A program made the translations under genes and the position numbers. Under the pieces are notes generated by a model. That model ran no database searches, had not been told where the DNA came from, and was given only the letters and a program-made list of their open reading frames with translations. Below are positions 27,550 to 37,110 of a DNA stretch of 64,000 nucleotides, one piece after another. The stretch lies in IMG/VR virus record IMGVR_UViG_3300004093_000014; one strand, written 5' to 3'. Origin of the DNA: an uncultured virus (IMG/VR IMGVR_UViG_3300004093_000014). Lineage: Duplodnaviria; Heunggongvirae; Uroviricota; Caudoviricetes. Positions within the stretch are counted from its first letter, which is position 1; every line of letters begins with the position of its first letter.

Positions 27550-30050
27550 AGAGTGCCTCCTACCTGGGGCGACGTGGTGGTGGTCGGTGCAGCCTGGAGA
27601 GGCACCCACTGCCCCCGGCTGAAGATGACCTTCTGGCCACCGGGCCCGGTTGCCGTCTGGCCATCACGGTACTGCGGGGCCGGTTGGGCGGGAGCCGCCG
27701 ACTGCCCGGCGCCGCTCGGCTGCATGGGGTTCGGCACGGCGGCTGGAGCCGGCGCCCCGCCGCCCTTCGCGGATTGCCGCTCCTGCTCCAGGATCGTGCG
27801 GGCACGCTGGGGCGCTTTGTGCGCCATGTCGATCTCGGCCTGCATCTGCTGCAGCACGGCCTCGTAAGCCTGCGGGCTATCGGCGGTGCTCAGCAACTCG
27901 CGAGCGTGCTCCTTGTCGGCCACGGTGCCGACACCGGTCGGGCTGACCGCGCGCGCGAAGGTGTTGATCAGGGTGTTGTTCGCGGCGTTGAAGGCACGCA
28001 GGGACGGGTCGCCCGTGTTCGACTGCACGGCCTGAGAGAGCCGATTCAGCGGCACGAACGAAGTCCGAGGCACCGCCGCCGAGGCTTGGCGCGCCAGTGC
28101 GATGGCACCCTCTGCCTCGGTGGCGGCCGCCGTCATCCGCCCGGCCTGCGTGCCGAGGGTCCGCGCTTGAGCGCTGAGCCCTGCCGCCTCGGCAGCGCGC
28201 TGCTGAATGTCGGTCGGATCGATGCCCTGCTCTCGCGCCTTCTGCGCCACGAGGCCCTGGATCTTGGACAGGTTCTCCGCACCCTGCGCGCCGCGTCCGA
28301 GACCGATCAGCGCCCGCGTGTCGCCAGCGAGAACCCGGTCGGCCAGGAAGTTCGCCGTGTCGTCCGACATGCTGGACGCGGTGGCCGCATTCTGCGCGAG
28401 CGTCTTGCCGTTGGGGCCGGCGAGGATGTCGCCGGGCTTCAGGACATGCCCGGTGGTCGTCTTCCCGGCCATGATCCACGCCTGGGTGCCGGGGTCCTTC
28501 GGATCCATCCCGTGCGCGACGGCCCACGCTTCGCGGGCCTGGAGCTGGGCCTGGATCTTCGCGCCCTCGTCGCCCTTCTTGTTCTGGAAGTCCGCGAAGC
28601 TGCCGTCGAACCCGCCGCCGGCAGGAGACTTGGCGAAGAGGTACTGCTTCACGCTCTCGGGCAGCTTGGTCTGATCGAGCTCGTTGGCCAGCAGCGCGCC
28701 GACGACCTTCGACTGCCCCTCATTCAGGCCGGGCATGCCCGCGATCCGCATCAGGACGCCGACACGGTTCTGCGACCCGGGCGCGGTGTTGCCGACGGCA
28801 ACGGCGGCGGCCGGCGGGAGTCCCGCCTGCTCAAGGTGCTGCGGCGCCTGCGCGGAGATCTGCTGCCGGTTGGGCGCCTGAACGGTAGGAGGCGTCACCG
28901 TGGGCGGTGTCACAGCCGTGCTGTTCGGGTCCTCGCCATCTTCCGGTTGCTGAGCGCGTGCGGCCCCAGGCATCTGCATCGGTGGCCGGGTCAGCGCCGG
29001 CTGAGCCAGAGTCGGGATCGCGGCGTCGGCAGCGGCCGGCCCGGATGCCGCCGGACCACCGCCCGGGATCGCCACGAACGGCACGGAAGCTGGCCGGGAC
29101 GCCGCTACGGCCGGGTTCAGGCCAGACGCGCCGCTGGGCAACGTCAGGGTATCGGGGTCGGCCGAGGCGACGCGCACGGGCGCCGTAGCCGCCTGCGCCG
29201 GCGGCGCGGCGCGGCTGCCGCCGAACGAGCGCCCGAAATCACCCATGACCTGCCCGGCCGATTTCGGCGTGCCATCGCGGTTGAAGAAGACGCTCCGGTT
29301 CGCCGCGACCGCCTTGGGATCGACGTAACTCGCGGCCGGCGCGTCGGGGTTCTGCATCGCGCCGGCGACGAACCGCGGGCCGCCGCTCGCGCCGAGGAAG
29401 TGCGACGCGTAGAGCGAGGAATCGTTGACCGGCAGCCCGGCCTTCTGGAGGCCGGCCGAATTGTCGGCGGTGAACGCCTTGAGCGCCCGCACGGACTGTT
29501 CCGGGTCGGTCCGACCGCCCGGGGTCAGGCCGAGCTCCGGATGCGCCCGCATCACGGCCGTCCAAGTGCGGTCGGTGAACTGTCCCAGGCCGGTCGCGGT
29601 CGAGGTCGAGGCACGAGCGTTCGGGTTGCCGCCGCTCTCGCGCTGGATCAGGCCGGCCAGATAGCCGCCGGACGGCCCGCCCAGGTCGAGGAATGACGGC
29701 GCGGCGCCGCTGCGCGAGATCCCGGACGCGGGCGCACCCGTGGGGCCGCCGAGGCCCATCGCGCCGCCACCGCTGCCGTACAGCCCAGCGAGGCCACCGA
29801 AGGCGGCGGACGCCTGCTGGGCCTGCGCGGCGCTCTGCCCGAGCTTGATCAGGCTCAGCCCGGTCGCCGCGTCGCCGGCATCGAACGCCGTCTTCGCCGC
29901 GCCGGCATAGTTCCCGGCCTGAAGCTGGGTGCCGAGCGACGCCAGGGCGCTCTGCTGGACGCTCTTGTCGTAGGCATCGGTGTAGGCCGAGCCGACCTTG
30001 CCGATGGCGTCCTGCAGATTGAGGACGGGAAGGCCGAAGCCGCCGCTCAT
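27546..30050 (-). CDS. DNA ejection protein with lysozyme-like/SLT domain
   Basis: IQRESGGNPNARASTSTATGLGQFTDRTW...LYASHFLG. Confidence 0.8.
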   Translation of the reverse strand: MSGGFGLPVLNLQDAIGKVGSAYTDAYDKSVQQSALASLGTQLQAGNYAGAAKTAFDAGDAATGLSLIKLGQSAAQAQQASAAFGGLAGLYGSGGGAMGLGGPTGAPASGISRSGAAPSFLDLGGPSGGYLAGLIQRESGGNPNARASTSTATGLGQFTDRTWTAVMRAHPELGLTPGGRTDPEQSVRALKAFTADNSAGLQKAGLPVNDSSLYASHFLGASGGPRFVAGAMQNPDAPAASYVDPKAVAANRSVFFNRDGTPKSAGQVMGDFGRSFGGSRAAPPAQAATAPVRVASADPDTLTLPSGASGLNPAVAASRPASVPFVAIPGGGPAASGPAAADAAIPTLAQPALTRPPMQMPGAARAQQPEDGEDPNSTAVTPPTVTPPTVQAPNRQQISAQAPQHLEQAGLPPAAAVAVGNTAPGSQNRVGVLMRIAGMPGLNEGQSKVVGALLANELDQTKLPESVKQYLFAKSPAGGGFDGSFADFQNKKGDEGAKIQAQLQAREAWAVAHGMDPKDPGTQAWIMAGKTTTGHVLKPGDILAGPNGKTLAQNAATASSMSDDTANFLADRVLAGDTRALIGLGRGAQGAENLSKIQGLVAQKAREQGIDPTDIQQRAAEAAGLSAQARTLGTQAGRMTAAATEAEGAIALARQASAAVPRTSFVPLNRLSQAVQSNTGDPSLRAFNAANNTLINTFARAVSPTGVGTVADKEHARELLSTADSPQAYEAVLQQMQAEIDMAHKAPQRARTILEQERQSAKGGGAPAPAAVPNPMQPSGAGQSAAPAQPAPQYRDGQTATGPGGQKVIFSRGQWVPLQAAPTTTTSPQVGGTL

Positions 30051-30060
30051 GCCGATACCC

Positions 30061-30993
30061 TCAGGAGAAGAGGCTGCGGAGGCCCGAGCCGATGCCCGAG
30101 AACAGGTTGCCGCCGCCGCGGGCCGCGCCCGCCACGCCGCCGGCCGCGGATCCGCCGGTGCCGGCGAGCAGGGACCCGACCCCGAGCAAGCCGCTCAGGA
30201 TGTTCGCGCCGGCCGCGTTCTCGGACTGGGCGAGGTTGTTGTTGTTCTGCACCAGCGCGTTCGTGGTGCTGTTCGTCAGACCCGCGATCCCCTGGCCGAG
30301 GCCGGTCTGGACGCCGGCCGCCGAACCGAGGATGCCTGACAGCGACGACCCCCGGCCGGTCGCGAGATTGGCCAAGCCGCTGCCGTAGTTCGAGCTCGCC
30401 TGCGCCTGTCCCTGGAGGGCGCCGCCCTGACCCGCGAGGCCCTGGCCATAGGCCTGCGCGCCCTGTCCGAGGCGGTTCACGAACTGCCCGTAAGCCTGAT
30501 CCGCCAGGCCGGTCGCGGTGTTCAGGATCCCGGCGGTCGCGTTCCCGCCGGCGAGGCCGCCGCGCGAGGCCGCAGAGCGCTGCACCGCCCCGAGGGCTTG
30601 GTTCATGCTGAACTGGTAGCCGGGATCGGTCTGGAATGCCGCCGTTGCCCGCGCCTGCCCGGCCGTCCCATTCGCGCCGATTGCGTCGTTGTAGAGGTCG
30701 AACGCACCCTTTCCGGCGCTGGTCATCGGCGCGTACAGGTCGCCGAGCTGCCCGAGGTATCCCTGCGTCTGCCCGTACTGGCCGGTGAGCGCATTCCCGG
30801 CCTGATCGTAGCCGCGATCCGTGACCTGGAGCGAGCCGGCAGAGCCCGGCGTGCCGAGCAGATAGCCGAGCGCGCTGTCGGCGGTCGACATCAGGGCGTT
30901 GCCGCCCTGCTGCTGCCCGGTCGCGATGGCGTACTGGTTGTTCCGCGCGGCGCGCTGAGACGCGGCGCCGGTGAAGAGGTCCATCAGACCCAT
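30061..30993 (-). CDS. DNA transfer protein (P22 gp7-like)
   Basis: FQTDPGYQF...SAASRGGLAGGNA; Gly/Ala/Gln-rich. Confidence 0.75.
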   Translation of the reverse strand: MGLMDLFTGAASQRAARNNQYAIATGQQQGGNALMSTADSALGYLLGTPGSAGSLQVTDRGYDQAGNALTGQYGQTQGYLGQLGDLYAPMTSAGKGAFDLYNDAIGANGTAGQARATAAFQTDPGYQFSMNQALGAVQRSAASRGGLAGGNATAGILNTATGLADQAYGQFVNRLGQGAQAYGQGLAGQGGALQGQAQASSNYGSGLANLATGRGSSLSGILGSAAGVQTGLGQGIAGLTNSTTNALVQNNNNLAQSENAAGANILSGLLGVGSLLAGTGGSAAGGVAGAARGGGNLFSGIGSGLRSLFS

Positions 30994-30996
30994 GCG

Positions 30997-31317
30997 TCAG
31001 CTCCCGCTGCTCGAGGATGAGGACGAGGACGACGAAGCCGACGAAGATGTCGAGGTGCTGCTCGACGATGCCGACGACTGGCCGCTCGCAATCGCCCAAG
31101 CGGAGGCCGCCGCCGCGGCGCCGGTGATGAGCGCCTGCGTGGCGACCGCGTCCTTCGTGACGACCGGCGCCAGCTTCTGAAGCCACTGGCTCAGTTTCGT
31201 CTGGTAGTCCCGCCAGGCCTGATCGGTGAGCGGCACCGAGGCGGACGGCAGAGGCGGCAGCGGGTCGAGCGTCGTCGTCAACTGCGTGGTCGACGTGGAT
31301 GCACTGGAATCGGCCAT
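30997..31317 (-). CDS. Small structural protein with poly-Ser tail
   Basis: Follows the gp10-like gene; coupled start. Confidence 0.55.
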   Translation of the reverse strand: MADSSASTSTTQLTTTLDPLPPLPSASVPLTDQAWRDYQTKLSQWLQKLAPVVTKDAVATQALITGAAAAASAWAIASGQSSASSSSTSTSSSASSSSSSSSSSGS

Positions 31318-32816
31318 CAGGCTGATTTCCTCACGGCTGCCTCGCGAACGGTCGCGCCGCGGAGCGAAAAGGCGACGGGATCCGAGACCTCGACCGCGAC
31401 GCGCAGGCCCTCACGCGTGGTGCGCCCCAGGTCGCCGACCGAAACGCGGTAGCCGGACAGGCCCTGCTGCCCGATGGAGCGCCCAGGCTGGTTGATCGCC
31501 CGGATCAGCGGGTTGCTCCAGGACATACCGCCATCGTGGCTCCACGTGATCAGGCAGTCGGGGTCCGTCTTGCCCTCGTTCTGGGCTGACGCCATCGCTT
31601 GGCCGGTGGTGATGTCGAGCTGCAGGTCCGCGACCCGGGCCCGGTCGGGGAAGGTGCGCAGCGGGCCGCTCTCGATGCGGGCAGTGATCGGCGTGTCGAC
31701 GTCGACGAAGGCGCGCTCGTCGAGCTTCGCCGCACCGCCGGTCTTGCTGTCGCCGATGATCCACTGGTTGTAGGCCCGGATCGAGGTGAGGCCGCGCCAG
31801 AACGCCTGCCCCTGGCTCGCGCGCTCGTGCCACTCGCCCGTGGTCGCGTTGTACTCCCAGGTGAACGTCGCCTGATCGGTGAGCGACCAGATCGCGTTGC
31901 CGCCGAAGGTGTAAACCGAGGCGCGCAGGGCAGCCGGATCCGCTCCGGCGATGGCGCGTTCGACGGCGCGGGTCGAGATCGGCGTCGGCTGGTAGCCGTC
32001 CATCCGCCGAACGGTGCCATCGGCCGCCACGAAGATGAGCTGCTTGTCCCAGCCGTCCTCGAAGCCCGACAGAGCCCACTGGCCGCGCAGGCCGGTCGGG
32101 ATCACGTAGTCCCGGGCGAGCGGGAACGGCTGCGTCCCAACGTCGGCGTAGATCTCGATCGACGAGGCGCCGAAGGCCCAGACCTTGCCGCCGTGCGTGC
32201 AGACCCGCAGCAGACCGTCCGGATTGGCCTCGCAGACCGTGTAGCTCAGATCGGTCAGGTCGAGGGTGTTGGTCGGCGTCGCGGCCGTCCCGGTCGCCCG
32301 CAGCGTCCCGTCCGTGTAGGCGAAGACGAAGTAGCCATCCAGGAAGCACACATCGAGCGGGACCCCGATGGGGTTCGGGCCCGGATCGTCCGGATCGGTG
32401 CGCGACGGAGGATAGCTCTTGATCGTGCCGTTCGGGACGAGGACCTGAACCCCGTACTCGGTGACGATCGCGATGTCGGGCCCGGCGTTGCCGCCCTCCG
32501 TCGCGCGGTTGTTGCGCGCCATGACGACCGGCTTCGAACCGGCCAGCACCCCGACCAGCGTCGCGCTGCCCAGCGCCGAGGTGTAGTACCAGAGCTGGTT
32601 GCTGCGGGCCTGGTACAGCACCGGTCCGACCAGCAGGCCGCCGCGGGGCACCGTGCCGCCACCCATGCCGGGGATCCCGGTGAGGCCGGGCGTCCGGAAG
32701 TACCGGGCGTAGCTGCCATCCCTGGCCGCGTAGGCGTTCTTGAGCCGCCCGTCGCCTTCGCCCGGCACGGAGCCGGGGTAGGACGAGGCCGGGAACGGGA
32801 GCGGCACGGCCGCCAT
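31317..32816 (-). CDS. Packaged-DNA stabilisation/tail hub protein (P22 gp10-like)
   Basis: FLDGYFVF, EANPDGL, FGASSIEIY, ISTRAVE, TWEYNATTGEWHER, WSHDGGMSWSN. Confidence 0.85.
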   Translation of the reverse strand: MAAVPLPFPASSYPGSVPGEGDGRLKNAYAARDGSYARYFRTPGLTGIPGMGGGTVPRGGLLVGPVLYQARSNQLWYYTSALGSATLVGVLAGSKPVVMARNNRATEGGNAGPDIAIVTEYGVQVLVPNGTIKSYPPSRTDPDDPGPNPIGVPLDVCFLDGYFVFAYTDGTLRATGTAATPTNTLDLTDLSYTVCEANPDGLLRVCTHGGKVWAFGASSIEIYADVGTQPFPLARDYVIPTGLRGQWALSGFEDGWDKQLIFVAADGTVRRMDGYQPTPISTRAVERAIAGADPAALRASVYTFGGNAIWSLTDQATFTWEYNATTGEWHERASQGQAFWRGLTSIRAYNQWIIGDSKTGGAAKLDERAFVDVDTPITARIESGPLRTFPDRARVADLQLDITTGQAMASAQNEGKTDPDCLITWSHDGGMSWSNPLIRAINQPGRSIGQQGLSGYRVSVGDLGRTTREGLRVAVEVSDPVAFSLRGATVREAAVRKSA

Positions 32817-33817
32817 CAGAAGTAGTCCACGACCATCGGCCGGCTCGGCTCGGGCTGCGACCGCATCCGCCGCAGCCGCATCTCGGCCATCTGCGCTTCC
32901 TGGATCAGGATCGGCGCGCGGTCGGGAGCGATATCGGACGCCAGCCGGGCCGAGCAGATCGCCGCGAGCCCGTCGAACGCGTCAGCCCGGATCTGATCGT
33001 CGACCGGGAAGGCGTAGACCTTGTCCGTGTAGAGCTCGGCCAGGATCGCCGGGATGGCGTTCGTTACGCGCAGGGGCAACCCGAGGGCGAGAAGGCGCCG
33101 ACGGCCGGCTTCGGCTTCGGCTGCCAGAACCTGGATGCGTGCTGCGTCGATACCGAAATCCTGCGCGGCGCGCGCGGCCAGGATGTCGGAAAGCGCGTCC
33201 GCGGCTTCGGCTGGGATCGTGTCGTCGGCCGGGAAGAGGTAGGTGCGCGCGTTCGTCAGCTCGGCCAGCAGGCCCGGCAGGATCGCGGTGACGCGCCCCT
33301 TGTAGTCGAAGATCAGGCGCTTCAGCACGTCCTGCGCGGCCTGAGCGCGCTGGGCGAGCAGCGCCACCTCATCCGCCCCGAGACCGAAATCCGAAGAGGC
33401 GCGTGAGGCCAAGACACTCGCGAGCGCGTCGAACGCCTCCGCGGGGATCGGCTCCTGGATCGGCAGGTAGACGCGGGTCGCGACCAGTTCGGCCAGGACC
33501 TGCGGCGCGAGCTCCGTCATGCGGACCAAGGCCTCGGCCTCGGGCGTCTGGCCGAAGCCGACCTCCCCGAGCCGGATCATCGCGCGGACGGTCAAGTCGT
33601 TGAGGGTCAGGTCGATGGTCGGCGCGACTACGCCGGTCGCGCGGTCGAAGCCGGTCTCGCCGAGACGCGCGAGAGCGCGGTCGATGACCTGCGCTTGCGT
33701 GTGCGGGGAGGCCGTGAAGGCCGCCCCCGACGCGACCGCCGAGCCGACGCCGACCTCGCTCAGCCGGGCGAGAACCCGGGCGGCGAGATCGGCGCGCGTG
33801 TAGGAGAAGCCGGCCAT
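32816..33817 (-). CDS. Head-to-tail adaptor (P22 gp4-like), internally triplicated
   Basis: Position; three T..DL..RAL.RLGEVG motifs and three LAEL...Y.....IPAEAFDALA..LA.R units; ends VDYF. Confidence 0.7.
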   Translation of the reverse strand: MAGFSYTRADLAARVLARLSEVGVGSAVASGAAFTASPHTQAQVIDRALARLGETGFDRATGVVAPTIDLTLNDLTVRAMIRLGEVGFGQTPEAEALVRMTELAPQVLAELVATRVYLPIQEPIPAEAFDALASVLASRASSDFGLGADEVALLAQRAQAAQDVLKRLIFDYKGRVTAILPGLLAELTNARTYLFPADDTIPAEAADALSDILAARAAQDFGIDAARIQVLAAEAEAGRRRLLALGLPLRVTNAIPAILAELYTDKVYAFPVDDQIRADAFDGLAAICSARLASDIAPDRAPILIQEAQMAEMRLRRMRSQPEPSRPMVVDYF

Positions 33818-34311
33818 CAGCCCTGCGTCTCGGCCTCGGCGAGGTCGCGGGCGTGCTGCTCGGCCTCGTCCTTGGTCAGCCGGTCGGCAACGACCTCCTC
33901 GCCCTTGAGGACAGCGAAGCCGTCCTCGCCGCGGGGCTCGACCGAGTAGACGCCGAAGCGACCCGGCGCCTGCTCGGCGTTCCGGGCGCGCTCCTCCGAC
34001 AGCTCGGCGACGCGATCCTCGGCGGCCTTCTTGCGCAGGCCCTTCGCGACCTCACGGCCCTCGGGGTCCAGAACGCGGAACCAGCCGCTGCCGGTGGCCT
34101 CGATGCGGAAGCCGTCGAGGTCCTCGTCGTCGTCCTCGCCGTCCCCGCGGTCGTCCGGCGCGGGGGCGCCGGTGACCTCGAAGAAGCGGTTGCCCTGAGC
34201 GGCCTTGATCAGCCCCTCGTCTTCGACCGAGACGGCCCGGCCGGGCTCGAAGGTGACGCCGCGCCATTCGACCGGGCCGTGCGCCTCGCCGATGAACTTC
34301 ACCGTCGGCAT
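33817..34311 (-). CDS. Phage hypothetical protein (post-capsid)
   Basis: GAGGAGG RBS; MPTVKFIG...GNRFFEV. Confidence 0.65.
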   Translation of the reverse strand: MPTVKFIGEAHGPVEWRGVTFEPGRAVSVEDEGLIKAAQGNRFFEVTGAPAPDDRGDGEDDDEDLDGFRIEATGSGWFRVLDPEGREVAKGLRKKAAEDRVAELSEERARNAEQAPGRFGVYSVEPRGEDGFAVLKGEEVVADRLTKDEAEQHARDLAEAETQG

Positions 34312-34321
34312 GGACGCCTCC

Positions 34322-34747
34322 TCAGGTATTGTAGTCGAGGAAGACGTCGAACGTGGCGCCGGCAACCTGCGTCGCTGCCGCCGCGCCGATCGTCGCGAAG
34401 ATCGTGTCGTCGGTCAGGTACTCCTGGCCCTTCGGAGCGGCGCCGACGGCGAGCTCGGCCTGACCACCGGCCTGACCGACGTTCGAGGCGTTGAAGAACC
34501 GGGTCGGGCTGGTGGAGTCGCCGACGCTCAGCGTGATCGCGGGCGACGCATTGCTGTCGAGCTTCTGCGCGAATAGCAGGCAGTTCCGGATCCGGGCGCC
34601 CTGCGGCACGCGGAACAGCCGGATCACGTCGCCGGCCTGGAGGGTCGGACCGAGCGTGAAGCGGGCGTGGCCGGTGACCGGCTGGCCGGCGGACAGAGAG
34701 GTGCGCTGGACAGGCGCCTGCGCGTTCGCGTGGGTGTACGTCGCCAT
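34322..34747 (-). CDS. Capsid decoration/cement protein candidate
   Basis: After MCP; LQAGDVIRLFRVPQGARI beta-rich pattern. Confidence 0.65.
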   Translation of the reverse strand: MATYTHANAQAPVQRTSLSAGQPVTGHARFTLGPTLQAGDVIRLFRVPQGARIRNCLLFAQKLDSNASPAITLSVGDSTSPTRFFNASNVGQAGGQAELAVGAAPKGQEYLTDDTIFATIGAAAATQVAGATFDVFLDYNT

Positions 34748-34819
34748 GGCGGCGATCCTTTCGATCTGAAGAGAGAGGGAGAGCGAAGGCGGCGGGGCGC
34801 AGCGGCCCCGCCATCAGGA

Positions 34820-35986
34820 TCACGCCGGGTCGACGCTCGCGCCGAAGCCGGTCACCACGCCCCAGTCCTTCAGGGTCACCTGATCGGGGAGCTTGAACCA
34901 GGTCTTGCCGACGCCGTAGGCCATAGTGATGCCGCGGCCGTCGTAGTGCTGGTAGTCGGTGTCCTCGAGGTGCGTCTCCTTGGGCTCCTGCGCCATGACC
35001 ATGCACAGCGCCATCTTCCCGCAGAGGTAGCCCGGGCTCACACCGATGCCCGAGGCGCCGGCGCCCGCGAAGCCGGTCAGCGTGTCGATCTCCGGCACCT
35101 CGCGGATGATGATCTTGTCGTAGAGCAGATCACCGTCGTTGAAGAGCGGGTTGTCCTTCCACCGGCCCTCGCGCGGGCGGGCGTCCTTGTTCATAGCCGT
35201 GATCTTCGGGTCGTTCTTGATGTCCATGAACCCGTTGGTGCCCAGGAACAGGACGTAGCCCTCGTATCCGTCCTCCATCACGAGGGACGAAATCTTCGGC
35301 GAGCCCGGCATGGGCTTCTTGGCCATGGCCTTCATCTTGTCGATCATCGACGTCGACCAGCGGTCGTTCACCGCGTCGATGTTGGCGAGCGAGCCCGCGA
35401 ACGAGCCTGCAACCCGGTTGCCGTTCGTGCCGGTGTTGGCCGCGCCCCAGAGGATGCGGTCGGCATTCGAGGTCATCCAGGTGTTGAGCTCTGCGGCCGA
35501 GGCCTCCGAGAACATGCGGCCGTTGACGCGCCGGCCTTCCTTGCCGGAGTAGCCGATCGGCGCCGCCTCGATCGGGATGGAGGCGAGCGCCTTGACCATC
35601 TCGTCGCGCTGGAGGGTCGCGGCCCACTCGCCGAGCAGCGGCCCGGCGTAGTCGTAGATGTCGAACGACATCTTCTTGAGCTCGGCCACCGACTCCTTGA
35701 CGGCGTTGCGGGCCCAGTCGATCCAGAACCGCGAGCCGCTGTTCTGCACCGCCTCTTCCTGACCGGAGAGCAGGCCGTTGCCGACGCCCGCCGCCTTCAG
35801 AGCGGTGATGAGCGGGATGTTGACTTGGTCGCCGCCGGTGCGCCCGCGCAGCGGCCAGACGCGGATGACGGAGTTGGCGCCCGCGCCCATGTAGGGCTTG
35901 AGCATGTTGCCACGCACCATCTCGCGCGTGACGTCCTTCTCGAACTGAATGCCGCGGTTGTTCGCGACAGCCTGGGTGACGGCCAT
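34820..35986 (-). CDS. Major capsid protein (N4-gp56/DUF4043-like)
   Basis: PYMG, GDQVNIPL, LSGQEE, ARPREG..DNPLFNDGDLLYD; position after scaffold. Confidence 0.88.
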   Translation of the reverse strand: MAVTQAVANNRGIQFEKDVTREMVRGNMLKPYMGAGANSVIRVWPLRGRTGGDQVNIPLITALKAAGVGNGLLSGQEEAVQNSGSRFWIDWARNAVKESVAELKKMSFDIYDYAGPLLGEWAATLQRDEMVKALASIPIEAAPIGYSGKEGRRVNGRMFSEASAAELNTWMTSNADRILWGAANTGTNGNRVAGSFAGSLANIDAVNDRWSTSMIDKMKAMAKKPMPGSPKISSLVMEDGYEGYVLFLGTNGFMDIKNDPKITAMNKDARPREGRWKDNPLFNDGDLLYDKIIIREVPEIDTLTGFAGAGASGIGVSPGYLCGKMALCMVMAQEPKETHLEDTDYQHYDGRGITMAYGVGKTWFKLPDQVTLKDWGVVTGFGASVDPA

Positions 35987-36013
35987 GGCCGTGTCCTTTC
36001 AGGGAGGTGCGCG

Positions 36014-36994
36014 CTAGCCGGGTCGACCGCGCCGCGCGACTTCGGTCATGAAGAAGTCCGCCACGCTCTCGTCGCCGCCGGACCCGTCACGGGTCGCGGT
36101 CTCGCGGTTGAGAGACGGGGGCAGACGGCTGGGCTGGGGCGTGCGGCCCGGGACGCCGGTCTGGACGGGCGTCGCCTGATGGCGGCTCGCTTCGATCGCC
36201 CGCGCGAGGAACGCGGGGTCTTTCAGGGCTTCGTCTTGGACCCGCTGGCGGTAGGCCGCGGGATCGGAGCCGAACTCGCGTTCGGCCGCGATGGTGCGAT
36301 GGACGTGCAGGACCGCGAGATAGGGGTCCCGGCTCTGCGGCGAGTCCCGCTGGTTGAGCGCGGTGGCGAGGGCCATGGCGATGGGATGGCCCTGCTGGGC
36401 CGCCTCCATCACCTCCTTCCACGCCCCGTGCAGCTTCTCGGGGCCGCCGGCGACGGATTCCGCCCGGTATCGGGCGGCCTCCATACGGGCCTCGTGCTGC
36501 TGCTGCTCAAGCTGTGCGAGACGCTGCTCCAGGGGAGACAGCTTCTGCTCGGCGCGATGGTCGAACCGCTGGTCGATAAAGGCGTTCGGATCCTGCGCCT
36601 CCCAGAGGTTCTGGCTCTGCAACTCGGCCTCGGCCGCCCGGCGGCGCTCGGCCTCGTCTCGCTCCTGCTTCTCGCGCCGCAGCTCGGCCAGCTCCCGCTG
36701 CTCCTCACGCCGCTGCGCCGCCATCTCGTTCAGGCGCCACTGGGGCACCCAACCGGCGGGCGGCTCGCGGGTCGCGTCCGGCTGCCGCGGCTGCGGCTCC
36801 GGAGTGGGCTCGGGCTGCGGCTGCTGAGCACTGCCCTGCGGCTGGCCACCACCATCCTGACCACCGCCCTGAGGCAGACCGCCTTCCGGCGCGCCGCCCT
36901 GCGGGTTGTGGTCGGCCTGCGGCTCCGGAGCGGTGTCACCCGCGCCCAGGGCCGACATGAAGGTGTCGTGGCCGCCTGCGTCCAAGTCGTTCAT
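36014..36994 (-). CDS. Scaffolding protein
   Basis: Between portal and MCP; PQ-rich N-terminus, WVPQWRL coiled coil, LPPSL C-terminus. Confidence 0.8.
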   Translation of the reverse strand: MNDLDAGGHDTFMSALGAGDTAPEPQADHNPQGGAPEGGLPQGGGQDGGGQPQGSAQQPQPEPTPEPQPRQPDATREPPAGWVPQWRLNEMAAQRREEQRELAELRREKQERDEAERRRAAEAELQSQNLWEAQDPNAFIDQRFDHRAEQKLSPLEQRLAQLEQQQHEARMEAARYRAESVAGGPEKLHGAWKEVMEAAQQGHPIAMALATALNQRDSPQSRDPYLAVLHVHRTIAAEREFGSDPAAYRQRVQDEALKDPAFLARAIEASRHQATPVQTGVPGRTPQPSRLPPSLNRETATRDGSGGDESVADFFMTEVARRGRPG

Positions 36995-37002
36995 GATGTT
37001 CC

Positions 37003-37104
37003 TCGCGTGTCGTGCGATGACGTGGGTTCACCCCGTGACGCCGGGCGTGACGGCTCGCGTGTCGTGCTGAGCGGACGTGAGTGCCCCGTGTCGTGGGGCG
37101 GACG
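37003..37104 (-). promoter_or_regulatory. Four-unit hairpin array in scaffold leader (ACGACAC loops)
   Basis: See findings; different stems, same loop; last hairpin overlaps the RBS. Confidence 0.7.
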
Positions 37105-37110
37105 AACTGG

